Counted from the stretch's first letter, positions 32,539 to 43,001 are shown. The stretch is DNA of 64,000 nucleotides from Longimicrobiales bacterium (GCA_965116905.1 OZ220732.1:1280001-1344000); one strand, 5' to 3'. Numbers and translations are program-made. Notes: generated by a model from the letters alone, not told the origin.

Positions 32539-33566
32539 TGTTCCGCTTCGGTGACGCCGCAGCCCTGTGGGCACTGATCCTGGTCCCCCTCCTCGCCGCG
32601 CTGTACTGGTACGCCGGTCGCCGCGGCCGGGTCCTGATGGACCGTTTCGGGGAACACGAGCTTGTGCGGCGCCTGCGGGCCACGGTGAGCGTCACCGCCG
32701 CGCGATGGAAGGGCGCGCTCGTGCTGGCGGCGGTCGCGGCCCTCGTACTCGCGGTGGCCCGCCCCCAGTTCGGCACCCGTGTCGAGACACTGCGGCGGCA
32801 GGGCCAGGACGTGATGGTGGCCCTCGATGTCTCGCGTTCGATGTACGCCGGCGACGTGGCGCCCAGCCGCCTGGAGCGTGCCAGGATCGAGATCGGAAGG
32901 ATCATCCAGCGTCTGGACGGCGACAGGATCGGTCTGGTGGCGTTTGCGGGCGACGCCTTCGTGCAGAGTCCGCTCACGGCCGACTACGGCGCGGCCATGA
33001 TGTTCCTCAGCGCGATGGACCCGGCTTTGATGTCCACGCAGGGAACCGATCTCGCCAGGGCCTTGACGGTGTCCATCGAAGCGCTGGAGGAGACGCCGCC
33101 CGAGAACCGGATCATCGTCGTTGTCACCGACGGGGAGGATCACGAGGGCGGGCTCGCGGAGGCCATTGCGGCGGCGGCCGAGGCCCAGGCCACGGTCCAC
33201 ACCGTGGGGGTGGGGTCGCCGGAGGGCGTGCCGCTGCCCGACGTGGACGGGGTGGAAGCGCGGGGCCGGTTCCGCCGCGATGATCAGGGCAACGTGATCA
33301 CCACGCGCCTGAACGAGACCGCGCTCCAGGACATCGCCCTGCAGACGGGCGGCGAGTACCACCGCGTGGGCGAAGGCGGGGGAGGTCTGGGCCGGCTTCT
33401 GGAAAGGATCGAAGACGGCGGCCGGGAGGTAGAATCCCGTGAGGTCACGCAATTCGAGGAGCAGTTCCAGATCTTTCTCGGGGCGGCGTTGCTTCTGCTC
33501 GTGGTGGAGGTCATCGTGCCGGGAAGGCGAAGGCGTCGGGCCGCAGGACTGGAGGAAGCATCGTGA
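32538..33566 (+). CDS. batB: vWA domain protein BatB
   Basis: DVSRSM, PSRLERA, TDGEDH. Confidence 0.88.
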   Translation: MFRFGDAAALWALILVPLLAALYWYAGRRGRVLMDRFGEHELVRRLRATVSVTAARWKGALVLAAVAALVLAVARPQFGTRVETLRRQGQDVMVALDVSRSMYAGDVAPSRLERARIEIGRIIQRLDGDRIGLVAFAGDAFVQSPLTADYGAAMMFLSAMDPALMSTQGTDLARALTVSIEALEETPPENRIIVVVTDGEDHEGGLAEAIAAAAEAQATVHTVGVGSPEGVPLPDVDGVEARGRFRRDDQGNVITTRLNETALQDIALQTGGEYHRVGEGGGGLGRLLERIEDGGREVESREVTQFEEQFQIFLGAALLLLVVEVIVPGRRRRRAAGLEEAS

Positions 33567-34369
33567 GATTCCGTCGCTCGCATCTCGTCCTGTGGGCGGC
33601 CGCTTTGGTGGCCGCCGCGGTGTCCCTGGGGATTGCGGGCCCCGCGCAGGGCCAGGAGGGCCGCCGGGAAGTCGAGGCCGGAAACCGGCTCTATGAGGAA
33701 GGACGCTTTCAGGAGGCGCACGCCCGCTACCTGGAGGCGCTCGAGCGGGTGCCGGGGCTGCCGGTCGCGCGCTTCAACGAGGGCAGCGCCCTCTACCGGA
33801 GCCAGGAATTCCAGCGGGCGATGGAGGCCTTCCTCGAGGCGGCCGAGGGAGCGGATCCGGAGTGGCAGGCAGACGCGCTGTACAACCTCGGGAACGCGTT
33901 GATCCGGCAGCAGCAGCCCGGACCGGCGGCCGAGGCCTACAAGCAGGCGCTGCGTCTGGATCCCGGCGACCAGGACGCGAAGCACAACCTCGAACTGGCC
34001 CTGCAGCAGCTTGAGCAGCAGGAGCAGCAGCAAGGCGGCGAAGGCCAGGAGGGCGACGACCAGAACCAGGACCCGCAGCAGCAGGGAGAGAGCCAGCCAC
34101 AGCCCCAGGGCAACGAAGAGGGCGAACAGGAGAACAACCCCTCGCAGGGGGAAGACGGGCAGCCGCAGCCCCAGCCCCAGGACGGCTCGCCCGAAGGCGA
34201 ATCGCCGCCCGAAGACCAGCAGGACGGGGAGGGGCAATCGGACATGCCGCCCCCCCAGATGACGCCCGAGCAGGCCGAGCGACTGCTTCAGGCGATCACC
34301 GAGGATCCGGGAGAGGTGAACCGGAAGGCGGCCCAGGCCCGAGGCCGGCGCCCCAGGAGGGACTGGTAG
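33563..34369 (+). CDS. batC: TPR protein BatC
   Basis: TPR repeats (YNLGNA, AKHNLELA), Q/E-rich linker, C-terminal DW. Confidence 0.85.
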   Translation: MRFRRSHLVLWAAALVAAAVSLGIAGPAQGQEGRREVEAGNRLYEEGRFQEAHARYLEALERVPGLPVARFNEGSALYRSQEFQRAMEAFLEAAEGADPEWQADALYNLGNALIRQQQPGPAAEAYKQALRLDPGDQDAKHNLELALQQLEQQEQQQGGEGQEGDDQNQDPQQQGESQPQPQGNEEGEQENNPSQGEDGQPQPQPQDGSPEGESPPEDQQDGEGQSDMPPPQMTPEQAERLLQAITEDPGEVNRKAAQARGRRPRRDW

Positions 34370-34371
34370 GC

Positions 34372-36234
34372 GTGACTGTCGGATCACGAATCGTGACTGT
34401 CGGATCACGAATCGCGGCGTGCGCGAGGTGGTCGGGCTTGTTCGCCCTCTGGATCGCCGGCCTTGGCTTGCCCGTTGCCGCTGTTGCACAGGACATCGGC
34501 GCGCGGGCCTTCCTCAGCAGCCCGCAGGTGGGCGTGGGGCGCCAGTTCGTGCTGAATGTGGAGGTCTCGGGCACGCAGCAGCTCGACACGGATCCCGTGC
34601 TTCCCGACATGGAGGACTTCGCCAGCTTCCTGAGCGCCGGTACGTCCACGTCGATCCAGATCGTGAACGGCCGCACCAGCATGGCGATCACGTACCAGTA
34701 CCGATTCCAGGCGCTGACCGAGGGGACGTTCGAGATTGCGCCGGTGAGCGTCACGGTCGGTGACGAGGTGGTGCAGACCGAGCCCGTCACCCTGGTGGTG
34801 TCGGACGCCCCGCCGCCGCCCGATGCCGGCGCCGATCCGGCGGATCCCGGTGCGGCCATCGGACCCGACGATCTTTTCATCGAGACCCGGGTTTCCAGCG
34901 AGCGCGCCTTCGAGAACGAACCCGTCATCGTCGAATACCGGATCTTCACACGGGTTCCGGTGCAGTCGTATGCGATCACGACCCTCCCCCAGGCGACGGG
35001 CTTCTGGACGGAGGAACTGGAACAGCCCGCCTCGCCGCAAGCGGAACGCGTCGTTCGAAACGGCAGCGAATACCTCACGGCAACCGTGCGGCGGGTGGTC
35101 CTCTTCCCCACGGGACCCGGCTCGAAGACGCTGGACCCGTTGAGTGTCGAGGCGCAGGTGCGGGTGCGTGAACGAAGCGTCTTCGATCCCTTCAGCGACA
35201 TCTTCGGACGATCGAGTCTCTTCGACCAGCGGGTGCCGGTGGTGGTGGCGTCGAGGCCGGTTGCCATCGAGGTGCTTCCGCTTCCGCAGGCGGACCGGCC
35301 GGGGTCGTTCGCCGGGCACGTGGGCACACTCGGCGTATCGGCTTCGGTGGACCGCGCCGCCGTCGAGGCCAACGAGGCGGTGACTCTGACGGTGGAATAC
35401 GCCGGCACCGGCAACCTGCGGACTCTTGCGCCGCCCGACATCGTTTTTCCGGTCGAGTTCGAGACGTTTCCGCCCGAGACCAGCGAGCGCATTGCCGAGG
35501 GCGGAGGAAGCCTGCAGGGGAGCCGCAGCTTCGCATACGTGCTGATCCCGCGGGTGCCCGGCGAGTTGACCATCCCGGAGGTCGAGGTCGCGTACTTCGA
35601 TCCCGCTTCGGGGCAGTACGGCAGCGCGCGGTCCCAGCCCCTGGAGATCAACGTCACGGGTGATGCGGCGGAGGGGGAAGGTGCGGGCGCCGTCCCCACG
35701 GCCGTGGAGACCATCCGCGACGAGATCCGCTTCATCCACGTCGGCACCCCGCGCTTCCGAAGGGTGGGCCTGCCCGTGTACACGACCGGCGCATTCTGGC
35801 TGGTCCTGCTGTTGCCGCTGGCCGCGGTGGGTGGAGCCATGGTCTTCCGCCGTCACCGGGATCGGCTCGAGGGGGATGTGGCCTACGCCAGGGTGAGGAG
35901 GGCGGACCGAATGGCGCGGAAGCGGCTGGCGCGCGCACGGAGTCTGGCGGGCGGCGACCCGCGGGAGTTCTACGCGGAGGTGGCCGGGGCACTCCAGGGT
36001 TTGCTGGCGGACAAGCTCAACCTCGCCGAGGCGGGGATGGTCAGGGAGGACGCGGGACGGGTTGCGGCGCGGCGCGGTGCGTCGGCGGAAACACTGGAGC
36101 GCCTCTTCGCGTGTCTCGACGACTGCGACCGGCAGCGCTTCTCGCCGGCCGGCGCCGAAAGGGAACCGCCGGAGCGCGTCCTGGAGCGCGCGGCGGCGAT
36201 CATGGGCGACCTCGCGCGGGAGTTGTCCCGATGA
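34372..36234 (+). CDS. batD: BatD family protein
   Basis: STSIQIVNG, Ig-like domains, GTGNL, YFDP, C-terminal TM helix. Confidence 0.85.
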   Translation: MTVGSRIVTVGSRIAACARWSGLFALWIAGLGLPVAAVAQDIGARAFLSSPQVGVGRQFVLNVEVSGTQQLDTDPVLPDMEDFASFLSAGTSTSIQIVNGRTSMAITYQYRFQALTEGTFEIAPVSVTVGDEVVQTEPVTLVVSDAPPPPDAGADPADPGAAIGPDDLFIETRVSSERAFENEPVIVEYRIFTRVPVQSYAITTLPQATGFWTEELEQPASPQAERVVRNGSEYLTATVRRVVLFPTGPGSKTLDPLSVEAQVRVRERSVFDPFSDIFGRSSLFDQRVPVVVASRPVAIEVLPLPQADRPGSFAGHVGTLGVSASVDRAAVEANEAVTLTVEYAGTGNLRTLAPPDIVFPVEFETFPPETSERIAEGGGSLQGSRSFAYVLIPRVPGELTIPEVEVAYFDPASGQYGSARSQPLEINVTGDAAEGEGAGAVPTAVETIRDEIRFIHVGTPRFRRVGLPVYTTGAFWLVLLLPLAAVGGAMVFRRHRDRLEGDVAYARVRRADRMARKRLARARSLAGGDPREFYAEVAGALQGLLADKLNLAEAGMVREDAGRVAARRGASAETLERLFACLDDCDRQRFSPAGAEREPPERVLERAAAIMGDLARELSR

Positions 36235-36995
36235 AGCGCGCGCTGCTGGCCGCCGCTGTGCTGTGCCTGTCCGCCTTGCCGTCGGCCGTCGGTGCCCAGC
36301 AGGCGCTCTTCGACGAGGGCAACCGCCTGTACCAGGAGGGCGACTTCAGCGCGGCCGCGGCCAGCTATGGCGCCGTTCTCGAGGGCGGATTCGAGTCGGC
36401 AGAGGTGTACTACAACCTTGCCAACGCGCACTTCCGTCTGGGCGATGTCGCGCACGCGGTGCTCAACTACGAGCGGGCGGCCCGGCTGGATCCCGCCAAC
36501 GAGGATATCCGGGCCAACCTGGCGCTCGTCACCCGGATGCTTCAGGACCGGATCGAGCCCCTGCCCCGATTCTGGGTGCTCTCGGCGTTCGAGTGGTGGA
36601 TGACGCTCGTACCGCGTGGATGGCTGGAAGCGGTGGCCGCGGTCTGCTACGTCCTGCTCGGCTCGGCCACGGTGTTGCTGGTGCTGGGCCGCTTCGGCGG
36701 GCGGCGCGCCGTGGCGCTGCGCAGGATCGCGTACGTGGGCGCGGTGGGCACCGTGATCCTTGGGGGGACGCTGCTCGTCCGCGAGGCCGGGTGGGCGACT
36801 CCGGAGCAGGCGGTGGTCATGGCGGCGGAAGCCCGCGTGCTCAGCGCTCCATCGGAAGACGGCGGACTGACGGTCTTCACGCTGCACGAGGGCACGACCG
36901 TAAGAATTGATCGGCGGACCGAAGAATGGGCCGAGATCGTGCTGGCGGACGGCAAGGTCGGCTGGCTGCCGCTGGACGTGCTGGAGGGTGTCTGA
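36231..36995 (+). CDS. batE: TPR/SH3 protein BatE
   Basis: YYNLANA TPR, TM helices, LHEGT...DGKVGWL SH3-like end. Confidence 0.85.
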   Translation: MKRALLAAAVLCLSALPSAVGAQQALFDEGNRLYQEGDFSAAAASYGAVLEGGFESAEVYYNLANAHFRLGDVAHAVLNYERAARLDPANEDIRANLALVTRMLQDRIEPLPRFWVLSAFEWWMTLVPRGWLEAVAAVCYVLLGSATVLLVLGRFGGRRAVALRRIAYVGAVGTVILGGTLLVREAGWATPEQAVVMAAEARVLSAPSEDGGLTVFTLHEGTTVRIDRRTEEWAEIVLADGKVGWLPLDVLEGV

Positions 36996-39536
36996 CTATG
37001 CCCTCATTCTGCTCCCGGACGGGTCGGACAGTCCCGTGCCGACCGCGGCCACCGTGACCGGGTAACACTCGTTCATGTACATCATCTGCAGCCGCTCGCC
37101 GACCCGGGCGCGCTCGGCCGGCAGCCAGGCCATCAGCAGGTATTTCCCGACGGATGGGCCCATCCCGGCGGAGGTCACTCGGGACTCCCTGCCCAGGGCG
37201 TCGACGATGCGGTTGCCTCCGGGCGTGAGGATCGGCTCGTTTCCGCCCGTCGGGAAGCGCAGGGTGCCGGACGCGCCGGCATGATCGTCCATGGTGAGCG
37301 TGCACAGGCGCGCGGCCGGCTCCACCTCGCGGGCCTTCAGGTACGCGGCCTTGCCGATGAAGTCCGCCCGCTTCACATGGCGCCGCGCCAGGCCGGCCTC
37401 GACCGGTGAGTACTCGGAGGTGAGTTCGGCGCCCATGAGCAGGTAGCCCTTCTCCAAGCGCGCGGTGGTGCCGTAGACACCGATCCCGACCGGCCGCGCG
37501 TCGAACTCCCGGCCGGCACGCCGGATCGCGTCCCAGAGCGCGAGGCCGTGCTCTGTGCGCGTGTAGATCTCCCAGCCGCTCTCTCCCACGTACGAGATGC
37601 GCAGCAGGGTGGCGGGAATCCCGCCGATGAGCGCCTCTCGCACCGTGCCGTACGGGAACTCGCCCTGGCTCAGGCCGCAGTCCGCGACGCTCGAGACCAG
37701 GGCCCCCGCGTCCGGCCCCCATACCCCGAGCGTGGTCATCGCCGACGACCGGTCCTCGAAGTGCACCGAGCCGTCTTGCGGGAGATGTTTGCGGAACCAG
37801 AAGGCGTCGCGGGCGCCATCGAAGACGCCGGTGACGATGCGAAACCGGTCGTGGGCGAGCCTCTGGATGGTCAGATCGGCACGGAAGCCGCCGTCCGGCG
37901 TCAGGAGCGGCGTGTAGATGGCGCTTCCGGCCGGCCGGTCGCACGGGTTGACCGTCATGCGCTCCAGGTACGGGAGCGCGCCGGGCCCCGAGACGTCGAA
38001 GATCTGGAACGCGCCCAGGTCGACCACGCCGACCCTCTCGCGCAGGTGCAGATGTTCCGCGTTAATGATCGGCGACCACCAGCGCCGGTCCCACTCGTGC
38101 GGGCGGTCCGGGACGTTGTAGCGCTCGACCAGGTCCTGGTTGGAGGCGTACCACTGCGGGCGCTCCCATCCCCGCGCTTCGTAGTATTCGGCTCCAAGCG
38201 CCTCGGTCCGGGGGTGGAACGGCGACCGGTTGATCCCGCGCGCGGACTCCCACTGCTCGCGCGGATGCACGATCCCGTATGTCTTGGGGAAGTGCTCGCG
38301 GCAGCGCGTGCGGACGTGGCGGCCGGTGCGCTCATGGGGCTGGAAGCGGGTGACATCCGACTCGTGCGGATCCAGGAGGCGCGGGTACCCGTGGGTCATC
38401 CACTCGGCGATCAGGCGCGCCGAGCCGGGGCCCTCGCGCACCCACACGGCGGCTGCCGACCAGAGGTTCGCCACCTCGGTCGTCTCGCCCAGCAACTGCT
38501 GGGTGTCGGGCGTGAGCGAGAGCAGGCCGTTGATCGCGTACTGCATCTTGGTGCCGGCCAGGAGTTCGCCCATGATCTCGCGCGCGTGTTCGAGCTGCGG
38601 CGCGAAGTCGAGAGGCGTAAAGGGCAGCTCGGTGGGAGAGCGCTCCGCCTCCGAGACAGAGGGAATCTCTTCGGGCCGGATCAGGATGGGGCGATGCGCG
38701 TATGACCCCACCTCCATGGCTCCGTCGCTCTGCCTTTCATACATGAACGAATCCATGTCGCGCACGATCGGGTAGCCGATCTCGTTGCCCGTTTCCAGCA
38801 GCAGTTCGACCGGACCGAAGTCGGCCATCTGGTGCACCGCCGGGGTGAGCGGGATCGTGGCGCCGGCCATCGCGGCGATGCGCGGACTCCAGACTCCGCA
38901 GGCAATGGCCACATGGTCCACCTCGATGGTGCCGCGGGTCGTGGCGACTGCCCGGATACGGGGGCGGCCGAAGGGAACGGGGTCGACTTCGAGGCCGGTG
39001 ACCTCGGTGTTGTCCAGCACGGTGAGCACGCCCCTGGCCAGCGCCCGCTCGCGCATGATCGTGCCCGCCTTCACCGAGTCGACGACCGACACGCTCGGGG
39101 TATGGAAGCCGCCGAGGATCACGTCCGGGTTGACGAAGGGGACCTTTGCGACGACTTGCCGAGGCGTCAGCAGCTCGCTCTCGATGCCCCATACGCGCGC
39201 CGAGGTCATGCGCCGGCGAAGCTCTTCCATGCGCTCTTCGGTGCGCGCGACCTCGATGCCGCCGCAGGTCGTGTTGACGCCGAGCGCTTCGTACTGGCGC
39301 TGGCTCTCGAGGGTGATCAGCGCGATCTCGCGGCCGTGATCGACGGGGAAGATGAAGTTGGACGCGTGGCCGGTCGATCCGCCGGGGTCGGGGAGCGGGC
39401 CCTTGTCGATGAGTACGAGGTCGTCCCAGCCGAGGCGCGCCAGGTGCTCGACCAGGCAGTTGCCGACGATGCCGGCGCCGATGACGGCGACCCTGGCGGT
39501 CCTTGCGCTGGACGGCAGCGTGGGTCGTTCACTCAT
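36996..39536 (-). CDS. FAD-dependent GcvT-family oxidoreductase (dimethylglycine dehydrogenase/oxidase-like)
   Basis: IGAGIVG, GSTGHAS, GWERP, C-terminal THF-binding GcvT domain (RLEKGY). Confidence 0.88.
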   Translation of the reverse strand: MSERPTLPSSARTARVAVIGAGIVGNCLVEHLARLGWDDLVLIDKGPLPDPGGSTGHASNFIFPVDHGREIALITLESQRQYEALGVNTTCGGIEVARTEERMEELRRRMTSARVWGIESELLTPRQVVAKVPFVNPDVILGGFHTPSVSVVDSVKAGTIMRERALARGVLTVLDNTEVTGLEVDPVPFGRPRIRAVATTRGTIEVDHVAIACGVWSPRIAAMAGATIPLTPAVHQMADFGPVELLLETGNEIGYPIVRDMDSFMYERQSDGAMEVGSYAHRPILIRPEEIPSVSEAERSPTELPFTPLDFAPQLEHAREIMGELLAGTKMQYAINGLLSLTPDTQQLLGETTEVANLWSAAAVWVREGPGSARLIAEWMTHGYPRLLDPHESDVTRFQPHERTGRHVRTRCREHFPKTYGIVHPREQWESARGINRSPFHPRTEALGAEYYEARGWERPQWYASNQDLVERYNVPDRPHEWDRRWWSPIINAEHLHLRERVGVVDLGAFQIFDVSGPGALPYLERMTVNPCDRPAGSAIYTPLLTPDGGFRADLTIQRLAHDRFRIVTGVFDGARDAFWFRKHLPQDGSVHFEDRSSAMTTLGVWGPDAGALVSSVADCGLSQGEFPYGTVREALIGGIPATLLRISYVGESGWEIYTRTEHGLALWDAIRRAGREFDARPVGIGVYGTTARLEKGYLLMGAELTSEYSPVEAGLARRHVKRADFIGKAAYLKAREVEPAARLCTLTMDDHAGASGTLRFPTGGNEPILTPGGNRIVDALGRESRVTSAGMGPSVGKYLLMAWLPAERARVGERLQMMYMNECYPVTVAAVGTGLSDPSGSRMRA

Positions 39537-40128
39537 GCGCGAATGGTTCGCGCGCGAAGATCCGGCGCACCATGGGCTCGAAGAACTCCAGCGGCAGCGT
39601 GTCGTAGTCCGGATCGAACGAGCACTGGTCCCAGCGGTGACAGAAGTCCACGGCGTCCTGGTACCAGGGGTGGTCGCGGTACTTGTCGCGCGCGTTACGG
39701 TCGCCGCCCACGTGGTGGCCGTAGTAGAAATACTGGAACAGGCCGTGGTGGCGGACGATCCACCAGGTTCGCTCGCTGACATAGGGGCGCAGCAGCAGCG
39801 CGGCCAGCTCTCCGTGGCTGTGCGGGGCCAGGAGATCGTCGATGTCGTGGAGGAGCGCGGCCACCACCATCTCCTCGTCCGCGCCGTCGCGATAGGCGCG
39901 GGTGGCCGACTGCAGCGAGTGCTCCAGCCGGTCTACCTGGTAGCCACCCACCGAACCGGACAGTTCGCGGAGGTGAGCGAGCACCCGGTCGGCGGTGCCG
40001 GCGGCGAACTCGTCCTCGAGGCGCGCGAGCAACTGGTAGTCCTCGCGGGTGCCGTCCGCCATGTGAATGAAGCTCACCACTGGGCCGTTCGGCTGATTCA
40101 TGTCGTCCATGCGATTCATGTCGTCCAT
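39529..40128 (-). CDS. HD-domain metalloprotein (PhnZ/MIOX-related fold)
   Basis: RLEHSLQSATRA, AALLHD, SHG, RHHG, WDQ candidate dimetal ligands. Confidence 0.85.
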   Translation of the reverse strand: MDDMNRMDDMNQPNGPVVSFIHMADGTREDYQLLARLEDEFAAGTADRVLAHLRELSGSVGGYQVDRLEHSLQSATRAYRDGADEEMVVAALLHDIDDLLAPHSHGELAALLLRPYVSERTWWIVRHHGLFQYFYYGHHVGGDRNARDKYRDHPWYQDAVDFCHRWDQCSFDPDYDTLPLEFFEPMVRRIFAREPFAHE

Positions 40129-40286
40129 GGGTGGCAACTCGTGCGATGAGGGACTTCGCTGGGAGCGTGGGCGCAGGCGTAAGGCGGTGTCAAGGGAGGG
40201 GGGCGCTTGACACGCGCCGGAAGCGCGTGCTCTGATACCGGCAACGCTCGCGTTCGCGCGCTTCAGGCTCACGCACCACGACGACC

Positions 40287-41402
40287 ATGCGTCACTCCAT
40301 CAGCGGCCTCACTCGAAACGCCGATACCCTGACGGCAGTCTGGGGCAGCGGCGAGCAGACCGATCTTCCCTACCTCTGGCTGCGCGACAACTGCGGATGC
40401 AGCGAGTGCCGCGTCGTGCAGACTTCCGAGAAGCGGTTTCACCTCTTCCGGGTGCCTGCCGACCTGACGCCGGCGGAGGTCGGAATCGAGGGCGCCGGAT
40501 CCGCGGACGAAGCCGTCTCGATCGCATGGCCGGACGGACACCGCACCCGCTTTCGGTCGAACGAGATCCATGGTCTGCTGATCCTGCCCCGGTTCGAACT
40601 GCAGTACTGGGCCGGCGGGTTTCAGCCGAGGCGGTTCGACTACCGGCGGTTCCTGGAGAGCGACCAGGCAGCGGCGGAGCTGATCGAGGAGTTTCTGCGG
40701 ACGGGCGTTTGCGTGCTCGTCGACGCGCCGACCGAGCCGGATTCATCCGAACAGCTCGCGACCCGTCTGGGGCCGATTCGCGAGGTGCTGTTCGAGCGCA
40801 TCCACAACGTCAAGCTCGATCCGAAGGGGTACAACATCGCGCACACGGGTCTGGCGGTCGCGCCGCACAACGACTTCACCAGCTACAGCTGGCCCCCCAA
40901 CGTGCAGGCGCTGCACATGCTGGTGAACGAGTGCGAGGGCGGCGAGTCCGTTGTCGTGGACGGCTTCGGCCTGCTCGACGAACTCCGGGACGAGCACCCC
41001 GACAAGTTCGACGCGCTGTGCAGGGTGCCGGTGCCGTTTCGCATCTTCAGCGCGGAGCACGAATGCTATTCGGTCAACCCGATGATCGAGCTGGACGGCG
41101 ACGGCGAGATCACGATGGTGCGCTTCAACACGGCGCAGATGCAGGCCCTTCCCCTCTCGGAACCGCGGCTCGCCGAGTTCTACGCCGGCTACCACGAGCT
41201 GTCCAGGCGCGTCAATGCGCCCCGTGCCCAGGTCACCTTCCGGCTGGAGGGCGGGCAGGTTCTGCTATGCGCCGGACACCGGGTGCTGCACGGCCGCACG
41301 GCTTTGCGCTCAAAGGGGCGGCGCCACCTGCAGGACGCCTACTTCGAGCACGACAACGTGCGCAACCACCTCAGGTGGCTGCGACTCGGCGGGCGGATCT
41401 GA
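40287..41402 (+). CDS. Fe(II)/2-oxoglutarate dioxygenase, gamma-butyrobetaine dioxygenase (BBOX/TmpA)-like
   Basis: Zn-binding WLRDNCGCSEC...WPDGH N-domain; HND and LHGR facial-triad motifs. Confidence 0.9.
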   Translation: MRHSISGLTRNADTLTAVWGSGEQTDLPYLWLRDNCGCSECRVVQTSEKRFHLFRVPADLTPAEVGIEGAGSADEAVSIAWPDGHRTRFRSNEIHGLLILPRFELQYWAGGFQPRRFDYRRFLESDQAAAELIEEFLRTGVCVLVDAPTEPDSSEQLATRLGPIREVLFERIHNVKLDPKGYNIAHTGLAVAPHNDFTSYSWPPNVQALHMLVNECEGGESVVVDGFGLLDELRDEHPDKFDALCRVPVPFRIFSAEHECYSVNPMIELDGDGEITMVRFNTAQMQALPLSEPRLAEFYAGYHELSRRVNAPRAQVTFRLEGGQVLLCAGHRVLHGRTALRSKGRRHLQDAYFEHDNVRNHLRWLRLGGRI

Positions 41403-41450
41403 GGCTACTCTGAAGCTTACTCTGAAGCTACTCGGAGGTTACTCGGAAGC
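41400..41450. repeat. degenerate 11-12-bp tandem repeat (4-5 units) at the dioxygenase stop
   Basis: TGAGGCTACTC TGAAGCTTACTC TGAAGCTACTC GGAGGTTACTC GGAAGC. Confidence 0.75.
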
Positions 41451-41482
41451 TGCACGGTCGGCTGCGGCGATCCTCCTCCCCC

Positions 41483-42787
41483 TCAGACCGTCGCGTCGAG
41501 GCCCCGGGCTGCCGCCACCTCGCGGGCGCTGGGGTTCACGGAGGGTCGGAAGGGCACGTCGCACACGCGCGCGGGGTCCGGCCGCCCCGGCTCGCTGGCG
41601 TACTCGTCGGGCAGCCACACCGTAAGTTCCGTGCCGACGGCCGACCTGCCCACGGGGACCCAGCCGAGCGCGATGTTGCAGCCCAGTTCCGGGGCGTACC
41701 ACGGCGAGGTGAGGTAGCCGATGGGGTCGCCGCCGTCCGCGTCCGACACGAGCCAGAAATCCGGGGCGTAGTCGTCAATGGGCTTTCCGCCCAGGGTCAT
41801 CCCGGCCATGACCATCGCGAAGGGGCAGCGCCCGGCATCGAGTTCGGCTCGCTGGCGCTCCAACGCGGCCCGCCCGATGTAGTCCCCCATCTTCTCGCGC
41901 GGCACCTGGTAGGCCAGGTTGCACTGGAACGGACTCGTCTCGTGGTCGATGTCCTGGCCCCAGGAGAGGATTCCCGCCTGGATCCGGCGCTGGTGGCCCG
42001 GCGCGATGACCATCAACCGGTGCGCCTCCCCGGCTGCGAGCACGGCGCGCCACAGCTTCTCGGCGTGCAGGGTGGCGTCCCGCAGGTAGATCTCGTACCC
42101 CTTCTCGCCCGAAAAACCGGACTGGGAAATCACCACGGAAGTGCCCGCGATCTCCGCCTGCATGAGGCCGTAGTAGGGGATGTCCCGGACGCCGTCACCC
42201 ACCAGGTCGGCCATGAGAGCGAGCGACTTCGGCCCCTGGATCTGCAGCGGACAGACATCGATTTCGTCGATCTCCACGTCCATGCGGAGCCCCGCGTTCA
42301 CGCCCTGCAGCCAGAACAGAAGGTCGGAGTCGGCCAGCGAGAACCAGAACTCGTCCCCGGAAAGGCGCAGCAGCACCGGGTCGTTGAGAATGCCGCCCCT
42401 CTCGTTGCAGACGATGACGTATTTTGCGTGCATTGGCTCGATTCGGGTCGCATCGCGCGTGATCACGTAGTCGGTGAATCGCTCCGCGTCCGGTCCCCTG
42501 ACCCGGATCTGGCGCTCCACCGCGACATTCCACACCGTGACGTGCCGCGTCAGCGCCTCGTGCTCCGCCGCCGCGCCGCCGTCCTCGGGCCGAACGTAGC
42601 CGCGGGGGTGGTAGATGCGGTTGTACACGGTGGCCCGCCAGCAGCCCGCTTCATGCGACAGATGCCAGTAGGGGGACTTCCGGACCCGGGTTGAGATGAG
42701 CATCTCGACCGGTGTGCGGCCGCTCTGGCGCAGGTTGATCGGGACGACCCTGTCGGACTGGTCCACGCTGGTCGGTTGATGGATCAT
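41483..42787 (-). CDS. GcvT/DmdA-like THF-dependent methyltransferase
   Basis: STRVRKSPY...TVYNR, NDPVLL, QSGFSGEKGYEIY, RRIQAGILSWG. Confidence 0.85.
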   Translation of the reverse strand: MIHQPTSVDQSDRVVPINLRQSGRTPVEMLISTRVRKSPYWHLSHEAGCWRATVYNRIYHPRGYVRPEDGGAAAEHEALTRHVTVWNVAVERQIRVRGPDAERFTDYVITRDATRIEPMHAKYVIVCNERGGILNDPVLLRLSGDEFWFSLADSDLLFWLQGVNAGLRMDVEIDEIDVCPLQIQGPKSLALMADLVGDGVRDIPYYGLMQAEIAGTSVVISQSGFSGEKGYEIYLRDATLHAEKLWRAVLAAGEAHRLMVIAPGHQRRIQAGILSWGQDIDHETSPFQCNLAYQVPREKMGDYIGRAALERQRAELDAGRCPFAMVMAGMTLGGKPIDDYAPDFWLVSDADGGDPIGYLTSPWYAPELGCNIALGWVPVGRSAVGTELTVWLPDEYASEPGRPDPARVCDVPFRPSVNPSAREVAAARGLDATV

Positions 42788-43001
42788 CGCCGGGGCTTTC
42801 TCCGGTTGCATGGTTGGGAGTGAGGGGGTCGCCAGCACGACCCCCCGGGGCCGGTTCAGCATGTCGGCTGAAACGCCCTGTAGCAAGGCGACCCGAGGCG
42901 AGCCCTTTGGGTTCGCGGATACTCGGCAGCGGGACTATCGTAGGTCTACGAACACGCGCCCCGGGATGGAATCCGACAGCCCCCAAGGGAGGATGGCCGC
43001 G

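Noticed and set aside
41400..41450. Mini CRISPR array
   Set aside because: Contiguous 11-12-bp units with no spacers and no cas genes
39529..42787. Naming these genes tmpB/phnZ, tmpA and dmdA
   Set aside because: Only family-level similarity is visible and the HD protein lacks the PhnZ/TmpB signature motifs; substrate cannot be assigned from sequence
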